A stretch of 61,036 nucleotides of DNA, the filler included. It is 13 parts of 13 records of this genome, joined end to end, with 100 filler letters (N's around TTAATTAATTAA, not from the genome) between each part and the next. Parts side by side here need not be neighbours in the genome. Positions count along the whole stretch, not along the records: positions 52,161 to 56,215 come from SRR7504441_26854; positions 56,316 to 61,036 come from SRR7504441_26858; 11 more parts are not named here. One strand, written 5' to 3'. A program made the position numbers and the translations under genes. The notes under the pieces are model-generated. The model ran no database searches, was not told the origin of the DNA, and was given only the letters and a program-made list of their open reading frames with translations. Positions 55,851 through 61,036 of the stretch are shown piece by piece (position 1 is the first letter of the stretch; every line of letters begins with the position of its first letter).

Positions 55851-56594
55851 GATGATCGAGCCCGCAGCCGCTGACAATAGTTGAAGTAATATGCCGTGGA
55901 TTAATTGATTAAACTGAGGTAAATGGGCTCAATCAACATTGTTGCTTGCTCCGGTGCTCACCTCGGGCTCAACAGCCAATCATTCGTCATTTCCGGCATG
56001 AGGAAAAGTCAAGATTAGCAAGACAGGCCGAAAGATGTCAAACAATGGAGCGGAGTGCCGGACACTCTGGCTCACCGGTTCTCGGAGGGCGGTCGTCGGC
56101 GCGTGCTTGCTGGCGGTGCTGCTGCCCCACTGCCCCTATGCCCCAGCTGGTTGTTGGTGCCGACCGTGTGCTTACACTTATGAAAGTCGAGGAGTCTGTC
56201 TCAGCCCACAACAACNNNNNNNNNNNNNNNNNNNNNNNNNNNNNNNNNNNNNNNNNNNNTTAATTAATTAANNNNNNNNNNNNNNNNNNNNNNNNNNNNN
56301 NNNNNNNNNNNNNNNTGGGTACACCCACGGGTAGCGCCAGCCCGCTGCCCGCCGCACCTCCCCGACCGGCGCAACGCGACATTGTCGCGCTCCACATGGC
56401 GCTAAATAGCGGGTAGATCTACCTCAGGGGAGCCTGAAAGTATTTCTCATCCCAGCTGCAGCCTGACTGACACCACCCACAGCCACAGCCACTCCGGAGC
56501 CACTGAGATCGCGGGTGCGGGCCCGCAGCCGGCACTCGTCCGACCGCAGTGTATTAGTTGTCGCTCGTCGCGCGTAAGTACCCTGCTAGCAGGA

Positions 56595-59500
56595 ATGGGC
56601 GGCGGCGGCAAGGGGCGCAAGGGCGGCGGCAAGGGCGGGTGCGGCCGACGCGTGCCCGCAAGGGCTCACCCGCGGGTTGCAGGTACGACTGGAAGCAGCA
56701 CACCCAAGCCTCAGATGACCCGGCGGTGCAGAACCGCTGCCGAGAGATCTGCGAGCGGGTGCTGCGCGGGGCGCCGGGCTACTCCGAGCAGGCCTGGCCG
56801 CCGCTGGCCGACCGGCTGACGCGCATGTAGGTGTCCGCGTTCGGCAGGGAGAAAAACACATACAAGCGGTGCAGGGTGCGGGTGTGTGGGCTGAGTCTGG
56901 GGGCAGCTACTGCCAGCAGTATGGGCTTGCTATGTCAAAAGATGCCAAGGGGCTGTTCACGATCGAGCGGCTCGACCCGGAGGCTGGGAGTCCGTTCGAA
57001 GGCTTGCTTGAAGCGCTCAAGGAGATTGCCGGTTTGAGCGGCCAAAGGGTTGTATGCGGCAAGCTTGCGGGTAGGCGGAGCGCCGATGCTGTCGCGCGAC
57101 TTGTTGTACCAAGTCAAGCAAGGCCGGCCGGAGCTCTGGCGCCGGCTGAGCGTGTGCGGGGTGAACAATTGCTCTGAGAAAAAGCTGATGATTAATGAGG
57201 ACGAGGCGGCCGGCTAGTGAGACACCGGTCTGAGCTAGCGCGGCAGGTGAGGCGACACTTTGACGTGTCCGCGGACTGGCGGACAATAGCTCCTCTAGGC
57301 AGCGGGGCCAGCTCGTCTGAGGCCGCTAAGCCACTTAGGCTGACAGCTAATGAACATTCAGAGCAAATCCAACAAACCACTCAGGCAGTGGCCCAGGCGC
57401 TGGCAGCGGTCTGTGCAGAGCCCAGGCCAGGCGGAGCTGGCTGGCAGGTGCCATGGCAGCTGCGCCAGGCGGAGCTGGCTGGCAATGAGCTGTTCTGTGC
57501 CTTCAACGAAGCTCGGAGCAGCACAGACCGCTTGCAACGCGTGCTCGACGCGAGGGTCCAGGCCGGTCTCAGTGCGAGTGCTAAGCTCGGCGGGTAGGCG
57601 ACTGAGGGATACAAGCGAATGCTGCCAGCCCGCAGTCGGCTGCCCACGTTCAAAATGTCCGGGAGCATTCTCGAAGCGTTTGATGCCTCAGATGTACTGG
57701 TGGTGTGCGGGGCGACTGGGTGTGGCAAGACTACGCAATTGCCGCAGCTTCTGATGGACACGCTAGCCGAGCGTAACTGCGACGCCCGGATCATCTGCAC
57801 CCAGCCGAGACGGATCTCAGCAACAGCGGTGGCCGTGGGCGCTGGTGGCCGCTGAATGTGCCTGAAGGTGGCAGATCGGGTGGCAGTCGAGCGAGGCGAG
57901 AGAGTGGGCGAAAGCGTCGGATACCAGATCAGGTTTGAGCACCGAGCCACCCCGAATACAGTGCTGCTTTACTGCACTGTCGGGATTCTACTTCGGCATC
58001 TGGTCTCCAACCCAACTCTGGTGAGACCTTCCCGCTCGTGAGCAGGCCGCCCTTGAGCTTGCTCGCAGGAAGGTGTGGCCATTGTGATTGTTGACGAGGT
58101 GTGGCTCAGCCGATACCTACAAACAGGCTTATCCAACCAGTAGGTGCATGAGCGAGACGTGCACACCGACTTTGTGCTGCTCATCCTACGGGATTTGATG
58201 CTTGGCCCACGCAAGGGCTCGCTCAAGCTCGTGCTCATGTCGGCCACGATCAACGCTCAAGGGTTCATCCGATACCACCAGGTGCACGGAGTGGGACTTT
58301 CGGGCTGGAGTCTGGTTGGCAGGAGGGCGGTGCGCTGACTGTGGGATACTTTGAGATCCCTGGCAAGACCAACTATCCGATCGATGAGTACGTGCAGCTT
58401 GCTGACTGGTCGAGCTGGCTCGTTCAGGTATTGGATGGAAGACATACTTCAGGAATGGCTGCCCAACTACATCCCTGCTGGTCCGCCCCCACCCAAAAAG
58501 CACTCGGCTCCAGTTCAGGATAGAAACCTGTGGGTGTTGGAGCCGGGGGCGGGTGAGGCGCCCGCTTGGCTGTTTTTTTTAATTGATTGTATGCAGTTGA
58601 AAAGGCCCTGGGAGGCAACTACAGCGAAAGCACGTATAGCCGGCTGGTATGGCAACTCAGCCCATGGTGCTGAGGTGTGTGTCAGGAGAATGTACTCCGG
58701 CGGCCTGTGGCAAAGTGTGACCTTGCGCTAGTGGCGGAGGTCGTACTGGCCATCTCCAAGCACGCTGGCCCAGGGGCTGTGCTAATTTTCGTCCCTGGCT
58801 GGCAAGACATATCCGACTGCATCAAAGAGCTCGAGATTCGAGAACCCAACTACGAACGATGGAGGATGTTCCCACTGCACTCAATGGTCTGCACCACGGT
58901 CTGCCATGTGCTTGAATACTAGGCAGGTGCCACCAAGGGATCAAAATCTGATCTTCGAAGTCATGCCAGCCGGACTGCGCAAGATCATTGTGAGTACCAA
59001 CATTGCCGAAACCTCGATCACAGTCGAAGATGTCGTATTTGTAGTCGACTCTGGGTTGATCAAGGGGACTTCTTACACGCCTGCTACCAACGTTGCCACT
59101 CTCGATGCGCTACGGATCTCCCGGTCCAACGCACAGCAGCGCCGCGGCCGTGCAGGCCGCTGTCAGCCTGGTAAGTTCTTCAAGCTCTACTCGTCGCTGG
59201 ATTGGGTGGACATGCCAGACTCGATGCCGCCAGAGATGCAGCGCACCCCAGTCGAGGAGCTCTGCCTTCAGGTGAAGGCACTCTCGCTTCCTGGCCTAAT
59301 CACCGATGTACTTGCCAAGGCCATCGATCCACCGGCATCGCTTTCCATTTCAAATGCTTTGTTCCTACTGCGCTCGCTTGGCGCTCTCGACGCCGCCGAG
59401 AATTTGACGCCTCTTGGGTGGAAATTGGCTCTGCTTCCCATCCACCCATCGCTGGGCAAGATGCTTTTGCTTGGTTCACTGTTTGGCTGTCTACCAGAGC

Positions 59501-60759
59501 TGCTCTCAGTATGTGGCACGCTGTCCTCCAAATCACCGTTTGTCATGCCATTTGGCAAAGAGAAGCAAGCTGATGCAGCCAAACAGCAGCTCGGGCACGG
59601 GCTTCCAAGCGACCACCTGCTGTACGCCAAAGTACTAGCGCAGTGGCAGCAGAGCGGCAGCCGTGGCCGATTCTGCTACGACTTTTTCCTCTCAGAAAAG
59701 ACGCTGCAGCAAATTGACAAGACACGACATGACCTGCACCAACACGTGATTGACCTCAGGCTTTTGCCCCAAAAGGAGCCGCTGCGCTCAGCCGGCCGCA
59801 GACTCGACCCCGAGAAGTGCGCTGAGCTGCTGTGTGTGCTGTCTGCCTCGCTCCCGTTGGCCACCCGGCCGCCGTCACAGCGCAAGTTTAAATGCCTAGA
59901 GGCGGCGCATGCTGCATGCGCTGTGCATCCTAGTTCGCTGATGGAATTTCTGTCGTCCCCAAAGCGGAAGGCAGCAGGCTCACGCGAGAGCTATAGCGTG
60001 CTCTGTTGGTTTTCGAGGCTCAAGACAGCCGAGCTATACCTACACGACGTGTCTTTAGTAGGCGATATGTTGCCGCTGCTCTTGCTGGCCCCGCACCTCG
60101 TCAGGCGCGAGCAAGATCAGACTATCTTTGAAGTTATCGCGCCGCAGCAGGGCACTGACCAGGGCAGTGGTGAAGGTGCCTATGCGGAGGACAGCGACAG
60201 GTTAGGGCCGCCGCCGCCGTTGCTTGTCAAGGTGGCCGAGCAGCATGTGGCAGACCAGCTGTGGGAACTGCGTAGGCTACTCAATGAGCTAGTGGGTCGA
60301 ATCATCGGACAGCCACCGTTCAAGCTGCCGGAGGAAGTGAGCGAGGCTTTCAAAAGCCTGAGAGAACTGGTGCATACCTCTTATGGGTTGCACGCTCGTG
60401 ACCCAGAGGCCTGTGAGCGGGTGGGTGCGCCAGATGAGGCAGTGGAGAGCGGCCAGCCCGGCCCACTCCCTGTGCAACCACGCGAGAGGCGCAGTAAAGG
60501 CGGTTACCACGGTAAAAGCAAAGGTGGTTTGGGTGGGTCAAGCTATGGCTATGGCAAGAGTCAATCCAGCTGGGGCACCTGTAGGCAATCCAGCTGGGGT
60601 TCAACCCGCGGCAAAAGTGATGGTGGCAAGGGCATTAGACAAGGCAAGGGGGTGTTCCACAGTGATACCCGAGACGAAAGGCATGCAAGGGGTCCCAGAG
60701 AGGGCAATGCTTGGAAATCTAGACAAAGCGCTCAGGCTAGCAAGCCATATTGGGATTGA
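56595..60759 (+). CDS. DEAH/RHA RNA helicase (DHX36/DHX57/YTHDC2-like)
   Basis: [54 protein letters not shown]2 LTPLG..LA.LPIHP; Gly/Lys-rich termini. Confidence 0.93.
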
Positions 60760-60918
60760 GCTCGCTCAATAACGTGTCAATTTTCATGTATTTTGATTGG
60801 TACCGCCTTGACAGCTAAATCAAGCGGATTTCACAATTCATGTACTTGTGTAATCCGGTGCTACCTTGAGCAAAACTAACATTCATGCAGCTAGAGCAAC
60901 TAGTTCAATTATTGATAA

Positions 60919-61036
60919 CTAGACTAAGTGGGCCCGTTGCTCGCCGTCGTAGCCGTTCTCCAGCCCGCGCTTCTTGTTGTTGCTGCTGGAGACGGCGGCC
61001 GGGAAGTGGAGCTCGAAGGCGGCTTCGTTCTCACGG
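60919..61036 (-). CDS. 3' end of an unknown gene
   Basis: Open frame RENEAAFELHFPAAVSSSNNKKRGLENGYDGEQRAHLV* entering from the window edge. Confidence 0.4.
   Translation of the reverse strand, partial: RENEAAFELHFPAAVSSSNNKKRGLENGYDGEQRAHLV

Overview
Eukaryotic DNA, not prokaryotic: 13 unrelated short contigs (about 3-8 kb) of a GC-rich, very compact protist genome, joined by artificial 100-nt linkers (N44-TTAATTAATTAA-N44). Neighbourhoods across linkers carry no meaning. Genes are split by many tiny spliceosomal introns, mostly 36-47 nt; about one in five of those I parsed has a GC donor, so most short ORFs in the track are exon fragments or antisense shadows. Recognisable genes: PP2C, Ca-activated apyrase, mitochondrial EF-G2, enolase, TauE/SafE, eIF2-beta, ATG8, USP30-like DUB, JmjC, SDR, WD40, GH59, EDR2_C protein and a DEAH helicase. 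Most unusual observations: (1) a membrane-embedded, receptor-like NRPS-type protein (signal peptide, ectodomain, TM, carrier domain, Pls-type terminal domain, FAAL); (2) an intron-containing secreted protein made of bacterial YadA-head repeats; (3) a coiled-coil protein with a CC1 box and a Spindly motif, suggesting a dynein adaptor; (4) an enolase with a mitochondrial-type presequence that runs into TTAGGG repeats; (5) tandem AACGG (Myb/MSA-like) boxes in tiny bidirectional promoters; (6) WRKY, YEATS-SAM and circularly permuted SPRY architectures. All calls and splice models come from reading motifs by eye; no searches were run and the lineage is not determined.
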